DNA of 64,000 nt, from assembly GCF_018350175.1 (NCBI RefSeq), contig NC_058368.1, positions 3,100,001 through 3,164,000 on the forward strand, read 5' to 3'. The notes under the pieces are model-generated. The model was not told where the DNA came from and did not search any database. It was given only the letters and a program-made list of their open reading frames with translations. The translations under genes were made by a program, and so were the position numbers. Positions 39,561-52,110 of this stretch are shown here, one piece after another. Source of the DNA: Felis catus (taxonomy: Eukaryota). Within the stretch, counting starts at the first letter, position 1; each line of letters starts with the position of its first letter.

Positions 39561-40134
39561 GAATTCACGCAGAGTACTAAAGGGGTGGGAACGTTGGAGG
39601 AAAAGGAGAGACGTCCTACTTGATAATCAGGTAGAGTATGTACTCTATGTGGACCGTTCACACAGTTGGCTCATTCAGTTCTCACAATGCTGTGACGTGG
39701 CGAGGGCAAGGATGATTACGAAGATTCCCGAGGCTCAGAGGAGTCCACTGCAATTCTAAAATCTCTGACACAGCAGCGAAAAATGAGTAAACCAGACTTA
39801 CTTGTATCATCATATAGAATTCCAATAACGAGTAGTTGACACATAACTATCAACGAAAGCCAACATACTTCAGAAATAATGCTTATAATTGGGGAGGGTA
39901 GACAGGGCATGAGGTGGAGAATTGCTATTTTTATATCTCTCATTCAAAAGAAAATAGAATACATGAATACGGCCAAAGCTACATTTCTTTACCTGGGATG
40001 GTGGGCATACAAGTGTCTGATACAATATTTTCTTGATATTTGAAATACGTGTTTCAAATACTTACATTCCTAGCTAAAAGTGCTCTGTTTCTTTGTCATC
40101 TCATGATTTATCTGGGGTCACAGGCAATAAGGGG

Positions 40135-40565
40135 TTCTAGTAGTTTGGTGTCCCTAAAACGTATGTCCATCCAGAACATCAAAATGGGAGTTTGTTTGGA
40201 GAAAGTTCCTTTGCAGAGGTAATTAAGGTAAATATCTCAGGATGAGGCCATCTTGGAGTAAGGTGGGCCCTAAAACCCATGACGAATGTCCTGAAGAGAG
40301 AAAAGGAGAAGAGACAGGTGCGGGGAGGAAAGGCCACGTGCAGAGAGAGGCAGGGGTTCGCGGGACGTGTCTACCGAGCAAGGCCTGGAGCCACCAAAAG
40401 CTGGACGAGGCAGGGAAGGATCTACATCCGGACTCTTCAGGGAAAGCAGAGCCCCGCCAACACCTTGATTTAGGACTCAGCTCCAGCCCTGGGTAAGAAT
40501 GCATTTCTGTCCTCTGAAGCCACCAAGTTCGTGGCGGTGGCTTAGGGCGGTGCTGAGACACTAGG
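40135..40565 (+). mobile_element. MaLR LTR (MLT1C-like)
   Basis: ctttgcagaggtaattaagg...ggtgggccctaaa...gccaacaccttgattt...atttctgtcctctgaagccaccaagtt. Confidence 0.88.
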
Positions 40566-40679
40566 ACGTGGGGAAATAGAAGGCACCGTATTTGCAGACT
40601 GTAGGACGTCTTGCGTTGACTTCTAGAGAGATTCCAGAGGGGCGGAGTAGCAAAGAGGCAGGCCCGCAAACCTCTGGCA

Positions 40680-41400
40680 TATCACGGGTCACGGGACCCA
40701 GTGTTCAATGCACAGGAAACCGTGTCCTTCCCGCAGCAGTAAAGACGGAGGACTGAGGATAGAGGACCGCTTGGCGGATGGAAAGGCAAAGGGCGTCCTG
40801 CTGTCCCGACAGATTTTTGGAGAAATTGCCGGATTTCTTGCTTGTGACCCTTTAGCACTTGTGGGACCGGTACAGAACCCGGGGGCAGGTGGCCAGGGGA
40901 GTCGGGCACGGCGCCGACTGCGTCCCGGGGGGACGAGGCCTGCGGGACGGCTCCGGGGTGCCCCGCGGCCCTGTCGCTCTGTGGCGCAACAGACTTCGCC
41001 CACTCGGGGCCTGCGCTCTGGCCGCGACGCCTCCCGGTCCTGAGAACGTGGGCGGCGGCCGGCGAACAGGCAGCAGACTCTGCAGGCCCGTCCACCCTGC
41101 GGACCCCGCGCCTGCCAGGGAGAGGCTTGCCCCCCGCCCGCCCGCTTTCTTGGCGGGAAGACCCGAGCCCGACGTCAGCTCCCAACGGGCCGCGCGCCGG
41201 CGGAGGGCGCCGCCCTGCGGTGTGGACCGCAGACCGCCGTTGCGCGCGTGCGCGAGGCCTGCTTGAGCGCCCCCGGCCGGTGGGTGTGGCCGGTCCCCCC
41301 CTGGCTCTCTGGCCTTGGTTTCCCCAGGAACTGAGGTTTCCCGGGCTGCTGCAGGGCCGCCTCGGACCGCGGGCCTTGTATCGGAGTAGGCGAATGCTGC
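40680..41400. promoter_or_regulatory. CpG island / probable promoter
   Basis: Very high GC and CpG density; GC boxes at about 41132, TTGGCGGGAA (E2F) 41150-59, GACGTCA 41171-77, GCGCGTGCGC (NRF1) 41244-53; possible + strand donor ccg|gtgggt at 41279/41280. Confidence 0.8.
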
Positions 41401-41404
41401 CAGG

Positions 41405-42565
41405 TCTTTTTCTTCTCCTTCCCTCCCTCCCTCCTTCCCCTGCCCCTCCAGCCCTTCTTCACTCCCTCCTTCCCCCTCCCTCCATGTCTCCCTCCCTCCC
41501 TCCTTCCCCCTCCCTCCTCCCCCCCACCCTCTTTCCCCCTCCCTCCATCCCTTCCCCCCTCCCTCCATCCCTTCCCCCCTCCCCCCTCCCTCCATCCCTT
41601 CCCCCCTCCCTCCATCCCCTCCCCCCTCCCTCCATCCCTTCCTCCCTCCATCCCTTCCCCCCTCCCCCCTCCCTCCATCCCTTCACCCTCCCTCCATCCC
41701 TTCCCCCCTCCCTCCATCCCTTCCCCCCTCCCCCCTCCCTCCATACCTTCCTCCCTTCCTCCATCCCTTCCCCCCTCCCTCCATCCCTTCCCCCCTCCCT
41801 CCATCCCTTCCCCCCTCCCTCCATCCCTTCCCCCCTCCCCCCTCCCTCCATCCCTTCCCCCCTCCCTCCATCCCTTCCCCCCTCCCTCCATCCCTTCCCC
41901 CCTCCCCCCTCCCTCCATCCCTTCCCCCTCCCTCCATCCCTTCCTCCCTCCCTCCTTCCCCCTCTCCTCTCCTTCCCCTGTCCCTCCAGTCCTTCTTCAC
42001 TCCCTCCTTTCCCCTTCCCTCCATGTCTCCCTCCCTCCCTCCTTCCCCCTCCCTCCTTCCCCCTCCCTCCTTCCCCCTCCCTCCTTCCCCGTCCCTCCTT
42101 CCCCCCCACCCTCTTTCCCCCTCCCTCCATCCCTTCCCCCCTCCCTCCATCCCTTCCCCCCTCCCTCCATCACCTCCCCCCCTCCCTCCATCCCTTCCCC
42201 CTCCCTCCATCCCTTCCTCCCTCCCTCCTTCCCCCCTCCCTCCATCCCTTCCTCCCTCCCTCCTTCCCCCCTCCCTCCATCCCTTCCTCCCTCCTTCCTT
42301 CCCCCTCCTTCCCTCCTTCCCCTGTCCCTCCAGCCCTTCTTTACTCCCTCCTTCCCCCTCCCTCCATGTCTCCCTCCCTCCCTCCCTCCTTCCCCTCCTT
42401 CCTTCCCCTCCCTCCTTCCCCCCTTCCTCCCTCCCTCCTTCCCCCCTCCCTCCATCCCTTCCTCCCTCCCTCCTTCCCCCCTCCCTCCACCCCTTCCTCC
42501 CTCCTTCCCCCCTCCCCCATCCCTTCCTCCCTTCCTTCCCTCGTTCCTTCTTTCCACTTTTCTTC
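41405..42565. repeat. C/T-rich compound minisatellite
   Basis: About 20-nt ccctccatcccttccccct-type units plus a thrice-repeated unit of about 60-70 nt. Confidence 0.95.
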
Positions 42566-44744
42566 CATGTTCTGCTTCTCCTCTGCTTTTCACTTAGAGA
42601 TAGGTCATATGCAAGCTAGGGAGAGGCAATTGAGAAGCCATGGATTTGAGAAGCTCTCAAGGCACCCTAGATGAACCTTCTGTCAAACAACACTGCAAGA
42701 TTTTAACGTTCCTGTCAGCAAAGGAAACCAGGAAGTGTGGAAGAAGACGGTTTGATTCAGGCATGAGGAAGGTTACCGGGCATCTACAGTATGAGTTGTA
42801 TCCCGCCAGAGGCTCCAGGGCATCAGAACCCCGGGACATCTGTGTCATTGTCTGAGCAGAAGTACTTTCTCCTGACATTTGACCTGGACCAAGGACAAGA
42901 TAGAGTTCTTGTTTTCAGAAACGTGGCAAGTACCATTGAGGAGACAAGGGGATTTTTCAGAGAGAAAATGATAGGACGAGACAAAATATGTAGTAAAGAA
43001 GTGAGAGGAAAGGCAGGAATAGCTTGAGTAAAGGTCTTTCGTATGGAAAATGTTTCCTGAAACTGAATCTTGTGTATGGATAGAATGTAGGTAGTTATGG
43101 TGGAGAATGACGAACACAGCAGCCCCAAGGAATAGCATAATCAAAGGGATATGGTATTCTGAGGAAAATGAGGATTATGGCGTGGCCAAGGTACAACCTT
43201 CATGCTGGGCAATGACTGGAAATAAGCTTGAATAAGTAGATTTTTAAAAAACGGCACAGCTTTGTCCTTGGGATCAGAGTATGACAACCACACATCTCTT
43301 TATTGTGGATACATACTCTACCTTGGTGGGAATCCCATACCAACATGCAATCTAGCTACAGTTGGGTTGTTTGGTGATATGTTTACCTATTTCTCTTTGA
43401 TCCCTGTGGAAGCTTCCATGACCATAAACATATTCTACTCTCAAACTTCTCCTCCAGTTTCATCGCACACCTATAGGAGCTCTTTATTAGCCCACTTCTC
43501 CACTTCTGGAAAACAACACCTCTCACCTCTCCCTATGTCCTGCTTCTAGAGAAGAAGTACCCATTTGTCATGCCTACCTCCCATTTGGAAATTTATCCCA
43601 ATTTTTCCAATATCTTTCAGAGAATGGCCCTTTCAGTAATCTTCACGCTCAGGACTTCTTTCCTTCCTTCCTTCCTTCCTTCCTTCCTTTTGGATGATTT
43701 TTGCCATAAGTTTGTCTAAGTTTTCCAAATTCTAAAACAAAACCTCCTCCTTCAACGAAATCAAACAAAAGAAGGGCATAAAATAGAAAGTTGCTGTTTG
43801 TACAACTTTTCTCTTAAATATTACATCTTGTCTTTTCGATGAACTTCTAAAATTTTCAAAGAAATTGACCCTTATTTGCTCAAATTGTTTCAGTATTTTT
43901 TTTTTACCTCTGCCCTACAACACAATCGAAACCATTCCGACAAACATCACCAAGAACCTTTGTTACACTGAACACTTAAATGTTCAGTGTAATGCCCTCA
44001 AAGGGAATGCCCTTTGAGGTGTGTTTCCAGTTCTCTCCTATTTTTTTCCTCCCTCCGTCTCTGAATCTGTTTTTCCTCATCTTGGGTCTTCTTCCTTTTT
44101 CATCTTTTCAGTTAAGATTGTGAACAATCTTAACTATCCAGTGTGCCGTGTTTATGCGCCTCTGTCCACTGTTTCATCCATGCCCCTTTAGCGAAGACCT
44201 TCCTGCGCATGACCTCAGTCCTTCCTCTCCATCTCACCCTTCCCCTGTGTTTTAACTCACTTCCCCTTTCCTTAGGCTTGGCCTCCTGCTCAATGCAGTG
44301 GGTCCCAAACTGTCCCCTTTGCCTCCCCAGACATGCCAGTGTCTTCTCTTCACTGTTCCATTCCCAGAAATATGGAGAGGAAACATCTGTAAAGTCCTTT
44401 TATTATCTAAATTCTTATTAGTCATCAACTCCTGGTCTGGAAAAGTATTTTGAATCTTTTTTGTATTTCCATGGCTCCTACTCTGCATCTCTCTCTCTTT
44501 CTTTCTGTCTCTCTCTTTAAGTAGCTTTACTGAGATACAATTCACATACCATACAATTCCCCCATTGAAGGTGTACCATTCCATATCTTTTGGTATATTA
44601 CCTCATCCATTTTCAAAATTGTGCCAAGATAGATTCAGCATAAAATTTCCCATTTTAACCATTTTTAAGTGTGCAACTACGTGATGTTAATTACATTTGT
44701 GATGTTGTGCGACCATCGCCACTATTTATTCCCAAAACATTTTC

Positions 44745-44881
44745 TGAGGGTTACTGGAGGGCTTGTGGGAGCGGGGATGGGCTAACTGGGTAACTATGGA
44801 ATCTACTCCTGAAATCATTGTTGTGCCATATGCTAACTAACTTGGATGTAAATTTTAAAAAATAAAAAATAAAACAAGTTT
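44745..44881 (+). mobile_element. Short felid L1 3'-end insertion
   Basis: ggaatctactcctgaaatcattgttgtgccatatgctaactaacttggatgtaaatttt plus A-tail; TSD acattttc at 44737-44744 and 45117-45124. Confidence 0.8.
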
Positions 44882-45103
44882 GGGGCGCCTGGGTGGCGCA
44901 GTCGGTTAAGCGTCCGACTTCAGCCAGGTCATGATCTCGCGGTCCGGGAGTTCGAGCCCCGCGTCGGGCTCTGGGCTGATGGCTCAGAGCCTGGAGCCTG
45001 TTTCCGATTCTGTGTCTCCCTCTCTCTCTGCCCCTCCCCCGTTCATGCTCTGTCTCTCTCTGTCCCAAAAATAATAAACGAAAAAAAAATTAAAAAAAAA
45101 ATT
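44882..45103 (+). mobile_element. CAN-SINE (SINEC_Fc), young
   Basis: Intact CpG-rich body; TSD aaacaagtt. Confidence 0.97.
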
Positions 45104-46302
45104 AAACAAGTTATACACATTTTCAAAATCTCGCGCAGAAGCCATGTGACCATTGAGCGATGACACTCCCATTCTTCTGTCTTCCCAGACCCTGGTCAAC
45201 TGTAACCTACTTTCTGTCTCTACAAATTTTCCTACTCTAGGTACCTCAAATAAATACAATAAGACAGTATTTGTCCTTGTTTGTCTGACTTGTTTCACTT
45301 AGTGTAATGTTTTCAAGATTTGTGCATGTTGCAGCACGTGTCGGACTTTCGTTCCTTTTATGGCTGAATGTTCCATTGTATGTATATAGGACAAATACAT
45401 TGTGTTGATCTGTCCGTCCATTGAGTGCAAGTGGGTCGTTCCACTTTTTGGTTACCATGAATAATGCTGCAAGGAACATCGGTGTACAAGCGTCCCTTCA
45501 ATCCTTGCTTTCAATTCCTTTGGGCGTACACTTAGGAGTGGAATTGCTGGGTCATATGACATTCTGTTTCGCACTTTGCGGAAAAACTGCTTTTCAGAGC
45601 AGCTACAACATTTTACATTCCCACAAGCCATGTACGAGGGCTCCAGCTTCTCCCTATCCTCACCAGCAGAATGTGGAGAAGTTGAAACAACTTCTTCTCC
45701 TCCTCACCTTAGTAGTTATCAAATAGTACTTTTTTTCTCTCTTATTACTATTTAAAACCTGGAGTATGATGATATTCTAGCTGATCTTTCTGCTGTCGTA
45801 TTTCTTCCTTAATATGTCCAGCACGCTAATGCCATATTCCCTGACCTACAAAAATTTCTCGGTTTCAATGATTCTTTATTGCCTCTTGAAAAAAGGTCTA
45901 GACTCTGCCTATACAAGTTGCCTTTTTTTTGGGGGGGGGGTGTCCCAATCTACGTTACTTGTAAATGGGAGAACAGTATTATCTACCTTGTGGGGACTTT
46001 AGAAAGAATAAAAAAGATAATACATGTTTAGCACAGTTGCCTAACACATGTGTCCCGAGTAAATGGTTACTCTTTTGAAGTAATAATACCTTGTTTGCAG
46101 CTGAAAAAGTCTGAAGTTCTAAAAAGGTGAGTGGCTGAACCAAGACTGATCACTCAGTCTGAGCCAGAGTCAGACTTCGAGCCAGCCAGAGTTGGGTGTG
46201 AATGAACTAATCTCTTTAGTGTTCTATTATTCCATATAGAATTATGACATAAGGATAATTCATGTCTCACTGTGACTTTGATGGTTAGATTAAGAAATGT
46301 TT

Positions 46303-46410
46303 GGGGCACCTGGGTGGCTCAGTTGGTAAGCATCTGGCTCTTGATCTCAGGGTCATGAGTTCAAGCCCTGTGTTGGGCTCCACAGTGTGCATGAAGACTA
46401 CCTTAAAAAA
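46303..46410 (+). mobile_element. Short CAN-SINE variant
   Basis: ggggcacctgggtggctcagttggtaagcatc...gagttcaagccc. Confidence 0.85.
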
Positions 46411-47935
46411 TGATTATATCGTGGTTTATTTGTCTCATGGTATAATATACAGTCTTTGTTTCAGTTCCATGTCTATAGCCCCTTCGGCATAATCCCTGCC
46501 TTACCTTGATAACCCAGTGTCTCCTACTGTCTATCCAGAGCATCACAAATACTCTGTTTCAATCCAGTGGTGATTTTAGTCACATTAATAAAAACATCCT
46601 TCTGCTTGTATCTTGACTTCATTTCCTGAAAGGTCTCCTTCCACCCCATGGGGGCTCTTCACTGCCTCCTCCTTGTGGGCAATCCTGATTGCTCGGCAGT
46701 GATTGGTCAAGCCTCAGTTTCCACTCCTCTACTCTTTCTGATTTTTCTATTTTGCTCTGAAGTTACTCTTCTCATTAATCCACAAAGGTAACCTTCTTTC
46801 GTTTCCCCAGTGATTTCGGGAGAGCCACTTTCTTCAGCAGGTCATCCAGTTAAGATGGCTTGCCCCCCGGACTGAGGGCAATCGGTTGGGAGAAATGAAA
46901 GGAAATGTGAAGGAAAACTGCAATCATAATAGGCAGTAAATCTTTGATCTGTGATATTTGCCTCCTTTCCCTTGATGTTTTTAAGTCTTTGTCTTATTTA
47001 GGTGATAAGCCCAAGGGATCCGAGCAGCTCTGTTTTCTATATTCAAAGCAGGTCCAAGTATGCTGTCAGCATCTAATTATTAACGCATGAAAACGATATT
47101 GTTTTATACCAGCAACAACAAGCAGATTCCGCCATCTGCTACTGCTTCGGGGCTGAAAGGGGTACACTTTCAAGGCCAGCTGTTCTGGAGGTGCTTTACT
47201 TTTTCCGTCATTTGCTTTCCATTTGAGGGCACAGGGGCCCGGGAACATTTTTAGAATTTGTTCCCCTACCAACATGCCATAATTTCCATACTATCATTTT
47301 CTGGCTTGGATATTCTAATTTCTATGTCATTTCTTTTTAATTCTGCTTTAATATTTTTGTTTTAGCTTTTCCCATACCCCTTTTTGCCGGCTGGAGATGA
47401 GAATTGCCAAAAGTCTTCCAGATGCACCTGACTCCTTGGTCTCTCGTGGCCGTGGCCCACTTGGGAAACCCGAGACAAGCCATGCCTCTGCCAGCCCACC
47501 AACACACAGGGAGAGGAGAGCTCTAGACCCCTGGGTTCTAAGTCACTACCATCTGCTCACGCAAAGTCCTGCATGCCGAGGAAAGGTGGCTTTTCTTCTG
47601 ACACCTTCATTAAAGATCAGCCCAGCTTGACCTTCCCTCTGCTTTATCTGGTGTTTAGTAAATGATCCCCAGAGACTCAAGCTATTCACTAAGGCTTTTT
47701 CCAGCCCAAACTGGAAGCCAGGTGGTGACACAGTTTCTACCTTTACTGGATTAACAGATATTCAGTGAATAATTGAAACACCCTTCCAACAGTATTTTTT
47801 TTTTCTAGAAAGGTGAATGCTATAAAATTGTGTTTTCTATGAATTAAACTATGTCCCTTGTTATGTTAGCAAGACCTTCAGAAGTAAAAAATTTTCTCCC
47901 CTGGAAAATGAAATCCTATAGTGTAGGTTATTTTG

Positions 47936-48163
47936 TTTTGTTTTGTTTTTTAATTTTTTTTTCAACGCTTTTTATTTATTTTTGGGACAGAAATGCTCTG
48001 TCATTTCTGAGCATGAACGGGGGAGGGGCAGAGAGAGAGGGAGACACAGAATCGGAAACAGGCTCCAGGCTCCGAGCCCGACGCGGGGCTTGAACTCACG
48101 GACCGCGAGATCGTGACCTGGCTGAAGTCGGACGCTTAACCGACTGCGCTACCCAGGCGCCCC
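47936..48163 (-). mobile_element. CAN-SINE (SINEC_Fc) with internal rearrangements
   Basis: Perfect TSD agtgtaggttattttg at 47920-47935 and 48165-48180. Confidence 0.96.
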
Positions 48164-49808
48164 AAGTGTAGGTTATTTTGATCCCTCAGTCTAAGGCTTG
48201 GGAGATAGACCTGCCTTATATATTTCATAATTTTTTTCCTTACGTAGTGTGAACCCTTTTTAAAATTCATGGCTGAACACAATTCCTAGAAACTGCCCAT
48301 ATTTGGGACATATTTCACCTGCGGTACAATTAAAACCAATGGAATGGTAAACTATGTTATTATAGGTTTCCTTCCAGAACTGCTGATGAATCGAATAGTT
48401 CCCAACGCTATTCCAAGCTCGTATTGCTCCCTGAAGTTCTTCACCTCATCATACCGCCATTTGTCCCAATACACTCTCCAAACATTATTTTGCCTTCAAC
48501 TGGAGCCTGAAGCTAGAGGCCGTTAGGTGAAAGCTCTCTCAATTCTTATCCTTTCAGTTAACATTTCATACATATCTCTATTATCCACACTTCATCTATT
48601 TACCTCCTGCTTCTCAGAATGAAACCATAGCACCATTTCTTTTTATAGGGAATCCCTCCTCTATAATTTTGGTCATGGAAGAGCTTGGGCATGGACCCAT
48701 CTTATTTTCCCCTTGAACTCTAGGGTTATTTACTAGTTGCCTTCTGTTGGAACACTTGCTTCATCTATCGGAGCCTTTGTTTCTCCATCTGGGATAGAGA
48801 TGGGGATAAAATGTGTTAGCCAATAATAGACACTGAAAAGATAATTCTCATTCCTGTGCCTTCCAGGGCCTTCTCTCAAGCATCATTCATTTCTTGGCTA
48901 TATGCCTTCTCTCTCTTCATTGTCTTTTCATCAGTGAACACAATTTCTACTGAGAAACAAAACTTCAGAAAATGACCTCTCTCTCATGTTTCTCCTTTAA
49001 GCCACACATGTATTTCTTTTGCTTCAATTTGCTGTTATGCTTCTTGAAATCATATATTCACTGGGCCTCTATTCACATACATTTACCTCTTCACCGCAAG
49101 CCCTGGTTTCCTTCACTGCTTTATTAAAAGTCCCCAGCGGTCTCCTATCAGTTCTCATACTGTCAGATGCATAGGAAGCTTTTTACCATATTGAAGAACC
49201 CCTCCTTAAAATCTAATGTGGTTTCTGAGTCTGAGCCCCCATCTCATTTCCTTTCCTGGCCCTCTAGCCTCTTTTTGGTGTCCTTCCCTATGGACACTTT
49301 TTCTGATCACCTATTAAATTAAGCTGTCCTTAGCATTCTTTCCTGCAACATATGCTATTTTTGTACTCTCCTTGGAAAAAAGGTATTTTCTTCCATTCGT
49401 TTAAATTTATGGAGAGTACTCACTCAGTGTCTTTTATTCCTAAATACACAAATATAGTGAATATATGTACCTGTCACAGAAATGTTAATATGTGACTATT
49501 TTTTCAACTCTATTGATTCATTCTAAGTTTTAACTATATTACCTTTAAGCCAATTGTTCCCCATCCAAAAAAAAATCAATTTTCCCAAATGACAGTTTTT
49601 ATCATGCTGGCCAGAACAAAAGCCATAAATCTTGAGAAGAGTGATGACATCCTAATGTAACACATTATGTCTATTGACCTTTCCTAAACAGAATAGCTTG
49701 GGGAATTAAATGCCACCACTGAAGACCTATTTCTGTGAGAATATTTCAAAAAGTATATAGTAAGAATGCAGATTTTAGTTTTTTTTTTAAAATAATGCAT
49801 TTTTCAAA

Positions 49809-50373
49809 AAATTAAAAATAGACCTACCCTATGATCCAGCAATAGCACTGCTAGGAATTTACCCAAGGGATAGAGGAGTACGGATGCATAGGGGCACTTG
49901 TACCTCAATGTTTATAGCAGCACTCTCAACAATAGCCAAATTATAGAAGAGCCTAAATGTCCATCAACTGATGAATGGATAAAGAAATTGTGGTTTATAT
50001 ACACAATGGAGTACTACATGGCAATGAGAAAGAACAAAATATGGCCCTTTGTAGCAACGTGGATGGAACTGGAGAGTGTGATGCTATGTGAAATAAGCCA
50101 TAAAAAGAAAGACAGATACCATATGTTTTCACTCTTATGTGGATTCTGAGAAACTTAACAGACACCCATGGGGAAGAAAAAAAAAAGAGGTTAGAGTGGG
50201 AGAGAGCCAAAGCATAAGAGACTCTTAAAAACTGAGAACAAACTGAGGGTTGATGGGGGTGGGAGGGAGGGGAGGGTGGGTGATGGGTATTGAGGAGGGC
50301 ACATTTTGGGATGAGCACTGGGTGTTGTATGGAAACCAATTTGACAATAAATGTCATATATTGAAAAAAAAAT
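49809..50373 (+). mobile_element. Young felid L1, 5'-truncated
   Basis: ORF2 C-terminus (EPKCPSTDEWIKKLWFIYTMEYY), 3' UTR and A-tail; TSD aaataatgcatttttcaaa at 49790-49808 and 50374-50392. Confidence 0.97.
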
Positions 50374-50594
50374 AAATAATGCATTTTTCAAATAATGAAC
50401 CGGTCACTACATGAATCAAAGTGGTTATGAAAAACATCCTAGAATAAGTGCTTAAATTTTACTCAGTTGCAAGATCTTTCAAATATTCAGAGATTTGTAT
50501 CACTTAAGCAAAGTATCTCAATTGGGGTTCAGAGTTGTCTAGTTTTAATCCAAGGTGAAATATGTTATATACATTGCCAAAGAAACCAGCATCC

Positions 50595-50715
50595 ATGTTA
50601 AAATATTAAACACAGTTAAATATTATTAAATATTATATTAAATATATAAATATTATGTTAAATATTATAATAAACATGTTAAATAAATATGTTAAAATAT
50701 CATAACAGTTGAAAT
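50595..50715. repeat. AT-rich degenerate tandem repeat
   Basis: Recurrent (g)ttaaatatt units. Confidence 0.7.
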
Positions 50716-51724
50716 AAAACCTATATACAGTGACAAATTATAAGTTTACTCCATAGCAATACTGTGATGTGATTTGAAAATCTCATGTACCAAAGACTAG
50801 GAATTATATTACCTCTAAGGATCAAAACAGCTGTTTGATCAATGATCTGTTATTCAATAACTAGGGAAGTGAGATAGACATTCATTCATAGACAATGGTG
50901 GCGTTTCCCTTTTAAAGATCTGAGGAAAATAGTGTTAAAAACACATAAAACTTGAATTTAAGGCGAAAGATTGGGAACGTGTCTTGAATTTATGTCTAAC
51001 ATCTTACCCAAAGATTATTTAATTCTTTAGGAGAATGTGCCTTTGATTAAATTACCATTTACTATTGATTAAGTCCTGGACTCTGTAAAGTTACATGGCA
51101 CCTTGTAAATTGTTTTCAATAAAGATGTACATAATTTCTGTCTAGTACAAGAAATATAAAGCTAAATGGTACAATTTTATTGTCCTGTACATTACTTACC
51201 AGTTTTGTATCTAATTTAGCAATTTTGTCCCAACATACTTTTCTTTCAGTGACAATATATATTTAGTTTCTCTAGTTTTTCATTCAACCAGCTTTAGCAA
51301 ACTGGTGGTTGATTCCCCCGTTAATAAGGAGTTACATAGCTTTTTGACATGTACTTGCTTTATGCTCACATAAGTCATATTTTTCACTTTTAAAAACACT
51401 ATACTTTGATCATATTAAAATTAACGACAAGTGTGTTCAGACACAAATATTCCATTTTCTAAGGCAGTTTTTACATTGTATATAATGAGATGATGCTAAA
51501 AGCAGTTTGTTAAAATTTTACGTACAGTTTTAGACCTGACAGTAGCATTAGCAGCATACAGAGTATGCCTTCCTCATTTTTATACATTAGAAACAGAACA
51601 TAACAAAACAAATACTTTATCTCTGTAAGTATACTTTATTTACCCAAGGTCATGAAGTAAAGTGATGAGGGACTCAGAAGTCCAACTGCTACATCTGAGA
51701 TTGTACTTTAGTGAGGAATTAACT

Positions 51725-52110
51725 TCATTTGTTAGTTCATTCGAACACATTTTATTTTATTTTTATTATATTCTTGAAACCAGACTAAGTGCTGGAGAAA
51801 CTAAAGAACATAAGACATGATCCTTGCCTTTAGGAAATTCATTGTCTAGATTGGGACGTAAACCAAACTTTATAGCTCATATTGTGATCAATAGTTTTGA
51901 AGAAGTATGATGAGAACATTTTCATCAGCCTTGAGGGTCAGGGAAGATATCTGAAGAAAGTGAGGCATGAACTGAATCTTGAAGGCATACTAGAAGTACA
52001 GACCAACAAGAAAAGTATATCTATGTATCTATCTATTATCTATCTATCACATGTCTATCTATCTATCTATCTATCTATCGTCATCATCACCAACATCAGC
52101 TATATCTATA
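51725..52110 (-). mobile_element. L2 fragment followed by (TCTA)n
   Basis: aagtgctggagaaactaaag...gacatgatccttgcc; (TCTA)n at 52018-52080. Confidence 0.65.

Larger units (their letters stand above)
44515..45670 (-). mobile_element. L1MB-like 3' region(s), host of nested insertions
   Basis: gctttactgagatacaattcacatacc 3' end; minus-strand ORFs MFLAALFMVTKKW and LENITLSETSQT. Confidence 0.88.

Noticed and set aside
40682..41266. Arg/Pro/Gly/Ala-rich ORFs in the CpG island
   Set aside because: Expected from GC-rich, stop-poor DNA; present in several frames on both strands with no recognisable protein
41127..42674. 515-aa proline-rich ORF and overlapping Gly/Glu/Arg-rich antisense ORFs
   Set aside because: Non-ATG start; a C/T-only minisatellite cannot produce stop codons; no domain-like sequence
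46101..46126. 26-nt microexon-like cassette (gcag|...aag|gtgagt)
   Set aside because: Lies in MIR-like sequence, length not divisible by 3, no supporting context
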